Source: Eledone cirrhosa (taxonomy: Eukaryota). Taken from it: 64,000 nucleotides of DNA. The stretch's first letter is position 1. Each line of letters begins with the position of its first letter. The DNA is taken from positions 398,350,001-398,414,000 of the forward strand of contig OZ024740.1 of the NCBI GenBank assembly GCA_964016885.1, in the 5' to 3' direction. Shown in pieces: positions 27,101 to 38,900 of this stretch. The notes beneath the pieces are model-generated. The model was given only the letters and a program-made list of their open reading frames with translations. It had not been told where the DNA came from and made no database searches. The translations under genes and the position numbers were made by a program.

Positions 27101-27569
27101 ACATGCTCCCACTTAGTCCCAACGTGCATCTAGGATTCCATTCCAGTTCCCCACTAAAAGCAAGGAGCGGGACGTTCCCAGAAAAGTCTCTAGACGTTTG
27201 AAAAAGTCTGGCCGCGGTGTCCCGGATGGGGCATATGCAGCCACCAGCCTGAAGGCTCCACCTTCATTACCGTCAACGTCTAGGACCACCAGTCGACCCT
27301 CCGGGTCCAGATGTACCGTCTGTGTTACGAGGCCCAGGTGTTTTCGCAGAAAAATGGCAACCCCGCCCCCACACCCCGACCGACAGAGAGACGCGTAGAT
27401 CTCAAAGTCATCGAAGATGGGGGCTAGCTGTCACTCGCTCTGGATCCTGGACTCGCAAATAGCTACTACATCCATACTGTGCGACCTGAGGTCGTTTAAG
27501 AGTTTGCCCTGTTTCCAGGGCATCCCCAGGCCGCGTACGTTCACACATCAAACTCTTATATTGGCCATG
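24182..27569 (-). pseudogene. ORF2 (APE-RT-CCHC) of copy A1, frameshifted
   Basis: Fragments SYLDRVLV..SDH, KSPGLDSLP, FRLITLLNTE, AYADD and CPRCVRDEETVAHAFIHC are spread over several frames. Confidence 0.92.
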
Positions 27570-29495
27570 TTGGTGCTGAAAAGTTAAAAGAGGAAAGTAA
27601 ATCACTCACCCTTCGCCTCCTGGGGACCATGGCGCACAATTTCCATGGGGGTGTTGGAGGGGTTGTCTGGGTGGGTGGTGGTTTCCGGCGGGGTGGGGAC
27701 GGAGATGTTTGGTGGGGTGGGGTCTGGTGGGATGGGGGTGCCTGGGGTGGGGAGACATTTGAGAAGGACGCGGTTAAGTGGTTTCACGCAGGAATTCCCC
27801 ACATCCTTTTCAAATGTTTCTTTTAGAGACCTATAAGTTTGTATAGGGACCCTAATCAGTTTTAGGTTCAGTTTTTCGTTATTTTTAATAGAGTGGGCGA
27901 AAGTTTTCCCTTCGGTTTTCACCGAAGGGTTGTTCGTGATGGTCTCCATTAGTGGGTTTTTTTCAGTGTTTATGTAAGTGTAAGTGTAATTTTCTTGTGG
28001 TGTTTGTTTTTGTCTGTAGTTCTTGTGTGTGCTTTCGTTTCGTTGTAGGTATTTTGTTTTCAGGAGGTGGGGGTTTTGTTTGTGATGTTTTTGTTGTTTG
28101 TGTTGGTGGTTGTATGTTTGTGGTAGTGTTTGCTGGGTTTTTTGCTTTTGTAATGCCTTTTCTTTCTTTTCGAGCGATGGGGTTCTCCCTCGTCTTCACT
28201 GGGTGATGGCGAGATAGCCTCATCTGTTGTATCGTCTGTGTGATTGGGGAGGGGTATGTCTTAGGGAGCTGTTGTGTCTGTATGTGATTTTGCAGTGGTT
28301 TTAGGTGGAGTGGGGTTAGGTGGGACTGTGTTTGTTGTGGTTATTTTTGTGTGTTGGTGTTGTTGTTGTTGTGGTGGTGTTGGTGGTTGTGTTGTTTTGA
28401 TGGGTGTCGGCAGAAGAGCCTTTTTGGGGTTCATTAATTTAGGACAGGAAGCCATCAGGTGACCCCTGCTAAAGCAATGGTAACATGAAGGCCGCCTACC
28501 CTCAACCGAAAAGTTTATGTAGGTGAGTCCGTCCAGGAGTACACGTTGTGGGATCATAGCTATTCGCTCTGGGCTCATTTGCACCAGAACTTCAACGCTA
28601 GTCCCATTGAATACATCTCTGGGGGACTTTCCTACTGAAAGTATTCTATCTTCATCAAAATTGATGAAGCCACACAGTATCCACCATATGTTTACCTTTG
28701 GTGTGAAACTCGTGATTCTAATCTTTTGTGTCCTTTTTCCCATGTATGTAGGGAAAAAGGTATACAGGTTGGATACAATTGGCGACACAGAGTAATTTTG
28801 GGCCGTCAATTGATCCTTCATGATTACCGAAATACACCCAAAGTGTATTTGAATGAATGAAATATCATTCATTGAATTTTTGAAAACCAGTTCATTTTCT
28901 TTCTGTGACAATTGGACTGGTTTTCGGGTAGAATTGGAAACTGTCCTAAAAACTATCGTTTTGAGAGCAGTTTCCTTGCGAATTTCTACCGGAGAATTGA
29001 TGGTGAAAGCACCATTCTTTTCGAAAGTAACATATCTCCTAGCGTCCTTTAAAAGTTGTTCGGCATTTGTTATGTCGAGATATGTTAGTTCCTCCTTTTT
29101 CTGAACTGTGCAAAGGAGATTTATCCGTGTTGGTGGTGTTGTTATTATTGTTGTTATTGTTGTTGTTATTCTTGTTGTCACTGATGTTGATATTGTTCGT
29201 ATTTTCCTTGGTGTTGTTGTTGTCTTTTATGCTGGTATTATTGGTGTTGTCTTTATTTTTTTTCTTTGTTGTTGTTGTCATTGTTGTTTTTATCATCATT
29301 ATTGGTTATTTTTGTTGTCATTGTACTGTTTGGTGTCATTTGTGTTGTTTGGATATGAATTTGTTTTTACAATTTCATTTCGTCTTTCCATCTCCATGGT
29401 ATCTATGGAGAAGGAAAGGGAAGAAGACGATGTTGAGTGCGAGCTTTGTAGTCTTACCGACTCTCCACCACCATTATCGTCGACGCAGCGTTCGT
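27557..29495 (-). pseudogene. ORF1 (gag-like, CCHC knuckle) of copy A1, disrupted
   Basis: EGRRPSCYHCFSRGHLMASCP; the start codon is ACG where copy A2 has ATG; frameshifts. Confidence 0.85.
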
Positions 29496-29718
29496 AACGT
29501 AATCAAACTTCTTACGATATTTTTTCCAGAATTCGATGGAGACAAATTTTTTCAAACGAATATTTCGCCCCTGTAGGGGGAAAATGAGTTGACCCACCAC
29601 CTGAGGATCCAGACGAGGGGATCAAGTTACACAATAATATAAAATTTAACTGGAAACTCACATTTTTTTCTTACATAAATTAACGGAAACTTCTCCCCGA
29701 AGTTACACACGTCTGGTA

Positions 29719-29729
29719 GAGAGATAGAG

Positions 29730-29808
<79 letters not shown>
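29719..29808. repeat. (GATA)n spacer between elements A1 and B1
   Basis: Direct. Confidence 0.98.
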
Positions 29809-29809
<1 letters not shown>

Positions 29810-30023
29810 TTCTTTATTTACCATAAAGGCATAAAAAGAAGGGACAAATACAAAGGGGGAGTTTACATACAATCGAGTAAAAAGGGTATAAAATGAAAAT
29901 AATCGAAAATAACCTCAAAAGGGAGGGGACGTGATGGGGGTTGCACACACCCCCGAAAAAGTGTGCAATCCTTTGCCCGGGGAGCACATGGAGAAGGTGC
30001 TCCCCTCTCCTTTACTTCTTTAC

Positions 30024-33000
30024 CTACAGGATGGTATACAGAGAAGGCCCATTTACACGAGCCATTCTCGCCACTATCACCCACCTTTCATAAAACTGCC
30101 TGTGGCCAAGCACCTCTCTCCCCATTCTTATCCTTCTTCCGAAGTGATATCGGAAGAAGTAGACCAGACTATGGCCAGAGAGGAAGTTGCCTGACCTCAG
30201 ACCTTTCAATCGTGTCCACCAAACAACCTCTTTCAACATGGCTATTACGCACAGAAAAAGCGCCTTTGCTTCCTTTGTGAAGAGGGGAGGCGGTTTGATT
30301 GTCATCACGGACTCGGCGGTCAATTGAATCGGCGCCACCCGCGACAGCAGTCGTTCGGCGTAGCCCCACAGATCAGCCACGCCCGGACATTGCACCAATG
30401 CGTGCGCAACGGTTTCTTCGTGACGCACGCATCTAGGGCAAATCTTTTTCGAGGGATCCCTGCCCGGGCGCCCGTGTCTGTAGAGCCTCTCTCGAACGGG
30501 TAGAGCCCCCCGGTAGCACTGCCAGGCTAATGACTTCTGGAAGTTGTCCATTGGTCCCGGGCCGAAAGTCCTACCGAACAGGCTGGCCAGTTCGTCCTCT
30601 TCCATGTCCAGCGACTCTCCAAGGGTGTCATCGCCCCTGCTAGCCACCAGCCCTCTATAGAATGATGAGGTGCATTCTCCACCGACGGCCTGGCCCGCTT
30701 GCCAGAGAGCCCTGAGCGCCTGAGCACACTCAGTGTGCCAGTCTCCTAGTTTTCCGGATCTTTGCTTGACCCAGGACTGCAGCTCGGTGAGCGAGACGAG
30801 TCTCGGAAAGGCTCGTTTCACGAACGGAGCCCACACCGGTTGACCAGTGAGGAATACCTGTAGGTGCCGTAGCCTTAATGCGTGCCTACGCATCATCAAC
30901 CACGGCATCCCCAGCCCTCCTTTCGAAGGTTGTTGGCAGCAGAAGGATCTTCTCACCATAGGAGGGCGCTTCTTCCAAAGAAATTGGAAGAGCATGCGTT
31001 CCATGGTGGTGAGTGTTTCCTTAGGGCAAGGTACGACAGTCAGGCGGTAGTAAGTGACGGACGCTATGTAAATGTTCGCCACCTCCGCCCGCTCTTTTAG
31101 GGACAGCTTACACTTGGCCCATTTCTGGTTCCAGTTCTTTTCCACCTGGAGGTCCGGTCCAAACCAGACCCCAAGCAACTTCACCGGGCCCTCCGTCCAG
31201 TGTCCGACGACACCGTCGGGAGGCATCGGTCTGCCTCTCCACGTTCCGAGTTGCAGCCCGATGGATTTTTCCCGGTTCAGTTTCGCTCCTGACAACCTTT
31301 CGTAATCCTCCAGTAAGGTACCGATCGCCTCGATCTCCGAGTCGGTCGATACCATTACTGTTACGTCATCGGCGTAGGCCGACACCGCTTTGCTCAATCC
31401 TGGTTCCAGGGGGATACCCTGCAACAACTCCAACTTCCTCAGTAAAGGCTCGAGAGTCAATACGTACAGAAGGGAGGAGAGAGGGCACCCCTGTCGAATG
31501 GATAGTGTGATTTCGAACGGCTTCGAAAGGTAGCCGTTCACCTTGATCCTAGAACAGATGTAGTTGCTATGTAAGGCAGTGATCCAGCCTCTGAAAACAG
31601 GACCGAACCCAGCCGCCGCTAGCACCGCATCCAGGTAACCATGGTCGACCCTATCGAACGCCTTAGACTGATCCAAGTTGATCAGGGCCCCACCGAAGCC
31701 GGGTTTGTTGCCAACCCTCTCTATGATGTATCGCATGAGGTGGAGGTTATCGTGAATGGACCTGGATGGGATAGCACATGTCTGCGCATCTCCCACCAGG
31801 CCACCCACGACAAGCGCCAACCTCTTTGCTAACACCTTGGCCAAAATCTTTAACTCTGTGTTTAGCAGGGTTATGGGCCGAAAATTATTTATACTATCTC
31901 CCTTGTTCTCGTCCTTCCTCACCAGCGTGACTACGCCCTTGGCTACAGAACAAGGAATTCTCCCGTTCTGCTGCCAATTGCAGTAGACCGCTTCGAGGAG
32001 TTCGGAGAAGAAGACCGGCATTGCTAAATAAAGTTCGTAAGGTATACCATCGAGACCTGGAGATTTGCGTCTGCTGCATTGGCTCAGCGCATCTCCGATC
32101 TCATCAGCCGAGATTGGTCCCTCGCAGGACTCAGCCTCTTCGCTCGAGAGACGTGGCAGGCCGTCGAGGTATGGACCGAAATCCACGCCCCCGCCCGGAC
32201 CCTCGCCTCCCCCGAACAATCGGGCAAAGTGCCTTTGAAAGGCCTCGCACATCTGCTTAGGCTCCCGGATCACCCGTCCATCTTCGTCTTGCAACGACCG
32301 GATGGTGGATCGATTTCCACTCTTAGCTTCTGTCACGCGGGCCCAGCCAAAGGCTTTGGCCCCCTCATTACCTAGAGCACGTATTTTACTTCGAATGACG
32401 CAGCCTTCGAGTTTTGCATCGAAAAACTGGTTCAAGGCCGTGCTCGATGCCAGCACTCTGGCCACATCTTCGCTCTTGATTGCCTCTTCTAATTTACCTG
32501 TTAATTCTTTCTCGTTTCTATTCCTATCGGCAGCTAACATCTTGCTATAACTTATTGATTCTGTTCTAATCTCTCTTTTGAGAGATGCCCACCATCTGTT
32601 GTTGACGATTGCACCCGTCAACCTCTCCTTAACTAATCTGCTAATCCGGTTTCTGTAAGTCTCTTTTGCCGGTAAAGACAAATTAAGTTTCCAGTAACCG
32701 GGACCCTGTTTATGTGTTTTCTCGAGATTGACTACGCAGGTCACTAATTTGTGATCCGTGTAGCCAACCGTGCGCATTTCTGGACAGCTTAATATGTCCC
32801 TATCCTTACTTCTAACTAAGAATCTATCTAAGTACGATCTAGATTGACCACTGTGGTTGCTCCAAGTCCAGGTAGGCACAGTTGGAAAATCTAGTCGATA
32901 TCTATCGACCAAGTTAAAACGGTCGAGTAACCCCTTGAGGCTGTTACACCCCCCTCTATTAGGACATGCTCCTGCATAGTCCCAACGTGCATCTAGGATG

Positions 33001-33431
33001 TCATTCCAATCCCCCGCTAGAAGCAGGGAACGCGACGTTCCCAGAAAAGTCTCCAGACGCTGGAAGAAGTCGGGCCGTTCAGCTCCGAAAGGGGAGTAGA
33101 CGACGACCAGTCTCAAGGCCGCACCTTCACTACTGCCAACGTCTAGCACCAACAAACGACCCTCCGGGTCCGAGTGCACAACCTGCACGACAAAACCCAG
33201 GTGTTTTTGCAGCAGTACGACAACCCCACCCCCACCTCCAGGTTGACAGAGAGATGCATACACCTCAAAGTCATCGAAGGTAGGGGCCAGCTGCCGCACG
33301 ACGCTGATTCGAGTCTCACAGATAACCATTACATTTATACCACATGACCTGAGGTCATTTAGAAGCTTTGCTTGCTTCCAAGTTGAGCCCAGGCCACGTG
33401 CATTCAAACATCCTACTCTTAACACATCCAT
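30024..33431 (-). CDS. Retrotransposon ORF2: AP-like endonuclease, reverse transcriptase and C-terminal CCHC (zf-RVT-like), 1135 aa
   Basis: APE motifs LNARGL, CET, GDWN, SYLDRF and TDH; RT motifs KSPGLDGIP, FRPITLLN, LDQSKAFDRVDH, RQGCPLS and YADD; CPRC..EETVAHALVQC. Confidence 0.95.
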   Translation of the reverse strand: MDVLRVGCLNARGLGSTWKQAKLLNDLRSCGINVMVICETRISVVRQLAPTFDDFEVYASLCQPGGGGGVVVLLQKHLGFVVQVVHSDPEGRLLVLDVGSSEGAALRLVVVYSPFGAERPDFFQRLETFLGTSRSLLLAGDWNDILDARWDYAGACPNRGGCNSLKGLLDRFNLVDRYRLDFPTVPTWTWSNHSGQSRSYLDRFLVRSKDRDILSCPEMRTVGYTDHKLVTCVVNLEKTHKQGPGYWKLNLSLPAKETYRNRISRLVKERLTGAIVNNRWWASLKREIRTESISYSKMLAADRNRNEKELTGKLEEAIKSEDVARVLASSTALNQFFDAKLEGCVIRSKIRALGNEGAKAFGWARVTEAKSGNRSTIRSLQDEDGRVIREPKQMCEAFQRHFARLFGGGEGPGGGVDFGPYLDGLPRLSSEEAESCEGPISADEIGDALSQCSRRKSPGLDGIPYELYLAMPVFFSELLEAVYCNWQQNGRIPCSVAKGVVTLVRKDENKGDSINNFRPITLLNTELKILAKVLAKRLALVVGGLVGDAQTCAIPSRSIHDNLHLMRYIIERVGNKPGFGGALINLDQSKAFDRVDHGYLDAVLAAAGFGPVFRGWITALHSNYICSRIKVNGYLSKPFEITLSIRQGCPLSSLLYVLTLEPLLRKLELLQGIPLEPGLSKAVSAYADDVTVMVSTDSEIEAIGTLLEDYERLSGAKLNREKSIGLQLGTWRGRPMPPDGVVGHWTEGPVKLLGVWFGPDLQVEKNWNQKWAKCKLSLKERAEVANIYIASVTYYRLTVVPCPKETLTTMERMLFQFLWKKRPPMVRRSFCCQQPSKGGLGMPWLMMRRHALRLRHLQVFLTGQPVWAPFVKRAFPRLVSLTELQSWVKQRSGKLGDWHTECAQALRALWQAGQAVGGECTSSFYRGLVASRGDDTLGESLDMEEDELASLFGRTFGPGPMDNFQKSLAWQCYRGALPVRERLYRHGRPGRDPSKKICPRCVRHEETVAHALVQCPGVADLWGYAERLLSRVAPIQLTAESVMTIKPPPLFTKEAKALFLCVIAMLKEVVWWTRLKGLRSGNFLSGHSLVYFFRYHFGRRIRMGREVLGHRQFYERWVIVARMARVNGPSLYTIL

Positions 33432-35365
33432 GTGGGCGGCAGAGCCAAAGGAGAGTGTAGAGACCTACCTTTCCGCTTCCCGGGGTTCGGGTCGCACGAC
33501 TTCCATGGGGTCGGGGGTGTTGGGTGAAGGGTTTTCTTGTGGTGGTGTGGGGTCGTCAGTGTGTGGTGGGGTTGGGGTGTTTGGAGTTGTGTTGGGGAGG
33601 GGAAGGGGGGGAGCTTTTTAGTAGGACGCGGTTTATGGGTTTGACAGAGGGTGGTCCTAGGTCCTCCTTAAAATCCTTTTTTAGTTTTTGGTAGAGGTTC
33701 ATTGGGATCTTTATTAATTTTAAATGTGGGTAGTTTTCTGAAGAAACAAAGTTTACACCTTCGGTTTGTACCGAAGGATTATTGTTTATGAGTTCATTTA
33801 ATTTATTATTGTTTCTGTTGATGTAAGTATAGTATAATGTCTTTTTTTCGGATGGTGTGAGTGTTTCGAAGAGGGGAGGGGAAGGTTTGGTTTTGTTTGT
33901 TGCTGGAGGGGTGTTTTGTGTTTTGTTGGATTGTGTTGAGATTTGGGTGGGGGTTGTTTGGCCTTGTGTGTTTTGCACATGTTTTCTTTTTTTCCTTTTA
34001 ATCTGTCTGAAGGACTCCGTTTCTTCCTCCGAATTCGTTGGGTTATCTTCAGTGTTGGAGGGAAAAGGTATGTTTGCTGGTAATGTTTCCGTGTTGGTTT
34101 TCTTTGTGGGGGAGATGGGTGTCACTATGTTTGACTGTGTTGTGTGTTGTGGCTGCGGTGGTTGTGTTGTTTTATTGAGTGAGGAGTTGGGTGGGACTGT
34201 GTTTTGTTTTTGGGTAATGTGTTGTGACTGTTTGTGTTATGGTGGTGGTGTAGTTTTACTGAGGGACCGGTTGGGTGGGACTGAGTTTTGTTGTTTGTTT
34301 ATCTGTTGTGGTGGTGGTGGAGCTGGTGTTGGTAGCAGAGTTTTCTTTTTGTTGAATTGGGGACAAGCCGCCTTCAGGTGCCCTCTGCCTGCACAGATAT
34401 GACAGGACGGCCTTCTCCCCTCCACGCTAATGTTTATATACCCGTGGCCCTCTAATAGGATTCTGTCGGGTATTTGGGCGATGCGTTCAGGCTTCATTTG
34501 CACTACACGTTCTATACCTGTTCTACTGAACGCATTGCCTGTGGTTTTCCCAATGGAAATCACGTTGTCATTCGCTGGATCGATGAAGCCAGCTATGAGC
34601 CAGCAGTAGTCCACATCTGGCATCATTGCATCCAGCCATATGCGCTGAGTTCTTTTACCCATATAAGATGGATAAAAGGTAAAATTTGTCGAACGAATCG
34701 GCGACAAAGCACATTTTTTTGCCGCCGATTCGTTCTTCATAATAATCGCTAGGCTTCCATACAGTCCGTCTCTTCTTATGAAAGTGGTTTCATTAAGTAC
34801 TTCTGTAAGTACTGCTTTGATTTCTGTTTGTGTTGGCTGTTGAGGTTTTTTAGAAATGTTGTTGATGGTGCGGAAAACGACCGTTTGACTTTCAATGCCT
34901 TTGGTGAGTTCTTGAGGCATTTTTACCGATAAAATACCATTTTCCCCTTGAGTTATGTATTGTTTGGCGTTTATAATTCTTTGTGCCACATCTGAAATAT
35001 TTTCAGGTATATATGTCAAAGATTTCTTTGTTGTTTGTGCAAATAAAATATTATTGGTGTTGACTTTGTCGTCTGCTTTGCTTTCTGTTATGATGTTGTT
35101 TTCAAATGTTATTTTTGTGTTTGTTGTGTCTTTGTTTGTGGTATTAATATTGTCATGCAATTTTTCAAATTTTTTTTGGTTGTTGGAATCAATGTCCAGA
35201 TTTGTGTTTTCGTCATTTTTCTCCGCACATTCGTCTGTTTTTCTTTTATTTTTTCTTTCCTTCTCTATGACGTTAGTTGGGAAGGAAGGGGGGGACTAAA
35301 GCGTGCGAGCTTACAACTCTTACCGCTGTCCCCCCACCACTATTTTCGTTAGCTTCGTTTAACAT
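33419..35365 (-). pseudogene. ORF1 of copy B1 (CCHC knuckle), with frameshifts and an in-frame TAA at 34237-34239
   Basis: EGRRPSCHICAGRGHLKAACP; ORF-track pieces 34237-35160 and 33556-34125 are in the same frame. Confidence 0.87.
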
Positions 35366-35592
35366 TTCTGTCAGACGATTGAATTTTTTATGCCACAAAA
35401 TTTTTAAAAACAGGTTTTTCACCCCTGGGAGGGGCGAAGATGAGCTGACCCACCGCCTGACAGTTCAGACGGGGGGTCAAGCTACACAATAGTATCAAAA
35501 TTAAAATTGAACTTACAAAATTTCCGCAATAAATTGGAACAAAACTTCTGCGCGAAGTGAATTACATCTACGCTGTAGAACAGACGACAGCT

Positions 35593-35598
35593 AGATAT

Positions 35599-35691
<93 letters not shown>
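35593..35691. repeat. (GATA)n spacer between B1 and B2
   Basis: Direct. Confidence 0.98.
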
Positions 35692-35692
<1 letters not shown>

Positions 35693-35906
35693 TTCTTTAT
35701 TTACCATAAAGGTATAAAAAGAAGGGACAAATAGAAAGGGGGAGTTTACATAAAACCGAGTAAAAAGGGTATAAAATGAAAATAATCAAAAACAACCTCA
35801 AAAGGGAGGGGACGTGATGGGGGTTGCACACACCCCCGAAAAGGTGTGCAATCCTTTGCCCGGGGAGCACATGGACAAGGTGCTCCCCTCTCCTTCACTT
35901 CTTTAC

Positions 35907-38900
35907 CTACAGGAAGGTATACAGAGAAGGCCCATTTATACGAGCCATTCTCGCCACTATCACCCACCTTTCATAAAATTGCCTGTGGCCAAGCACCTCT
36001 CTCTCCATTCTTATCCTTCTTCCGAAGTGATATAGGAAGAAGTAGACCAGACTATGGCCAGAGAGGAAGTTGCCTGACCTCAGACCTTTCAATCGTGTCC
36101 ACCAAACAACCTCTTTCAACATGGCTATTACGCACAGAAAAACCGCTTTGCTTCATTTGTGAAGATGGGAGGCGGCTTGATTGTCATCACGGACTCGGCG
36201 GTCAATCGAATCGGCGCCACCCGCGACAGCAGTCGGTCGGCGTAGCCCCATAGATCAGCCACGCCCGGACAGTGCACCAATGCGTGCGCAACGGTTTCTT
36301 CGTGACGCACGCATCTAGGGCAAATTATTTTCGAGGGATCCCTGCCCGGGCGCCCGTGTCTGTAGAGCTTTTCTCGAACGGGTAGAGCCCCCCAGTAGCA
36401 CTGCCAGGCCAGTGACTTCTGGAAGTTGTCCATTGGTCCCGGGCCGAAAGTCCTACCGAACAGGCTGGCCAGTTCGTCCTCTTCCATGTCCAGCGACTCT
36501 CCAAGGGTGTCATCGCCCCTGCTAGCCACCAGCCTTCTATAGAATGACGAGGCGGATTCTCCACCGATGGCCGGGTCCGCTTGCCAGAGAGCACTGAGCG
36601 CCTGGGCACACTCGGTGTGCCAGTCGCCCAGTTTTCCGGATCTTTGCTTGACCCAGGACTGCATCTCGGTGAGCGAGACGAGTCTCGGAAAGACTCGTCT
36701 CTCGAACGGAGCTCCACACAGGTTGACCAGTGAGGAATACCTGTAGGTGCCGTAGCCTTAATGCGTGCCTACGCATCATCAACCACGGCATCCCCAGCCC
36801 TCCTTTCGAAGGGTGCTGGCAGCAGATGGATCTCCTCACCATGGGAGGCCGCTTCTTCCAGAGGAACTGGAAGAGCATGCGTTCCATAGTGGTGAGTGTT
36901 TCCTTAGGGCAAGGCACGACAGTCAGGCGGTAGTAGGTGACGGACGCTATGTAAATGTTCGCCACCTCCGCCCGACCTTTCAGGGACAGCTTACACTTGG
37001 CCCATTTCTGGGTCAGTGTAAACACCTTGTTCGTAACCTCGCTCCAGTTCTTTTCCACCTGGAGGTCCGGTCCAAACCAGACCCCAAGCAACTTCACCGG
37101 GCCCTCCGTCCAGTGTCCGACGACACCGTCGGGAGGCATTGGTCTGCCTCTCCACGTTCCGAGTTGCAGCCCGATGGATTTTTCCCGGTTCAGTTTCGCT
37201 CCTGACAACATTTCGTATTCCTCCAGTAAGGTACCGATCGCCTCGATCTCCGAGTCGGTCGATACCATTACTGTTGCGTCATCGGCGTAGGCCGACACCG
37301 CTTTTCTCAATTCTTGTTCCAGGGGGATACCCTGCAACAACTCCAACTTCCTCAGTAAAGGCTCGAGAGTCAATACGTACAGAAGGGAGGAGAGAGGGCA
37401 CCCCTGTCGAATGGATAGTGTGATTTCGAACGGCTTCGAAGGTAGCCGTTCACCTTGATCCTAGAACAGATGTGGTTGCTATGTAAGGCAGTGATCCAGC
37501 CTCTGAAAACAGGACCGAACCCAGCCGCCGATAGCACCGCATCCAGGTAACCATGGTCGACCCTATCGAACGCCTTAGACTGATCCAAGTTGATCAGGGC
37601 CCCACCGAAGCCGAGTTTGTTGCCAACCCTCTCTATGATGTATCGCATGAGGTGGAGGTTGTCGTGAATGGACCTGGATGGGATAGCACATGTCTGCGAA
37701 TCTCCCACCAGGCCATCCACGACAAGCGCCAACCTCTTTGCTAACACCTTGGCCAAAATCTTTAACTCTGTGTTTAGCAGGGTTATGGGCCGAAAATTAT
37801 TTATACTATCCCCTTGTTCTCGTCCTTCCTCACCAGCGAGACTACGCCCTTGGCTACAGAACAAGGAATTCTCCCGTTCTGCTGCCAATTGCAGTAGACT
37901 GCTTCGAGGAGTTCGGAGAAGAAGACCGGCATTGCTAAATAAAGTTCGTAAGGTATACCATCGAGACCTGGAGATTTGCGTCTGCTGCATTGGCTCAGCG
38001 CATCCCCGATCTCATCAGCCGAGATTGGTCCCTCGCAGGACTCTGCCTCTTCGCTTGAGAGACGCGGCAGGCCGTCGAGGTATGGACCGAAATCCACGTC
38101 CCCGCCCGGACCCTCGCCTCCCCCGAACAATCGGGCAAAGTGCCTTTGAAAGGCCTCGCACATCTGCTTAGGCTCCCGGATCACCCGTCCATCCTCGTCT
38201 TGCAAAGACCGGATGGTGGATCGATTTCCACTCTTAGCTTCTGTCACGCGGGCCCAGCTTTGGCTTTGGCCCCCTCATTACCTAGAGCACGTATTTTACT
38301 TCGAATGACGCAGCCTTCGTGCTTTGCATCGAAAAATTGGCTCAAGGCGGTCCTCGATGCCAGCACTCTGGCCACATCTTCGCTCTTGATCGCCTCTTCT
38401 AATTTACCTGTTAATTCTTTCTCGTTCCTATTCCTATCGGCAGCTAACATCTTGCTATAACTTATTGATTCTGTTCTAATCTCTCTTTTGAGAGATGCCC
38501 ACCATCGGTTGTTGACGATTTCACCCGTCAACCTCTCCTTAACTAATCTGCTAATCCGGTCTCTGTAAGCCTCTTTTGCCGGTAAAGACAAATTAAGTTT
38601 CCAGTAACCGGGACCCTGTCTATGTGTTCTCTCGACGTTGACTACGCAGGTCACTAATTTGTGATCTGTATAGCCAACCGTGAGCATTTCTGGACAGCTT
38701 AATATGTCCCTATCCTTACTTCTAACTAAGAATCTATCTAAGTACGATCTAGATTAACCACTATGGTTCGTCCAAGTCCAGGTTGGCACAGTTGGAAAAT
38801 CTAGTCGATATCTATTGACCAAGTTAAAACGGTCGAGTAACCCCTTGAGGCTGTTACACCCCCTTCTATTAGGACATGCTCCTGCATAGTCCCAACGTGC

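Larger units (their letters stand above)
23944..29718 (-). mobile_element. Tx1/L1-clade non-LTR retrotransposon, subfamily A copy 1 (full-length, disrupted)
   Basis: ORF1 and ORF2 fragments; AATAAA at the 3' end followed by a TATC-type tail; 5' end abuts (GATA)n. Confidence 0.93.
29809..35592 (-). mobile_element. Tx1/L1-clade non-LTR retrotransposon, subfamily B copy 1 (full-length)
   Basis: ORF1 remnants plus an uninterrupted 1135-aa ORF2; bounded by (GATA)n on both sides. Confidence 0.95.
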
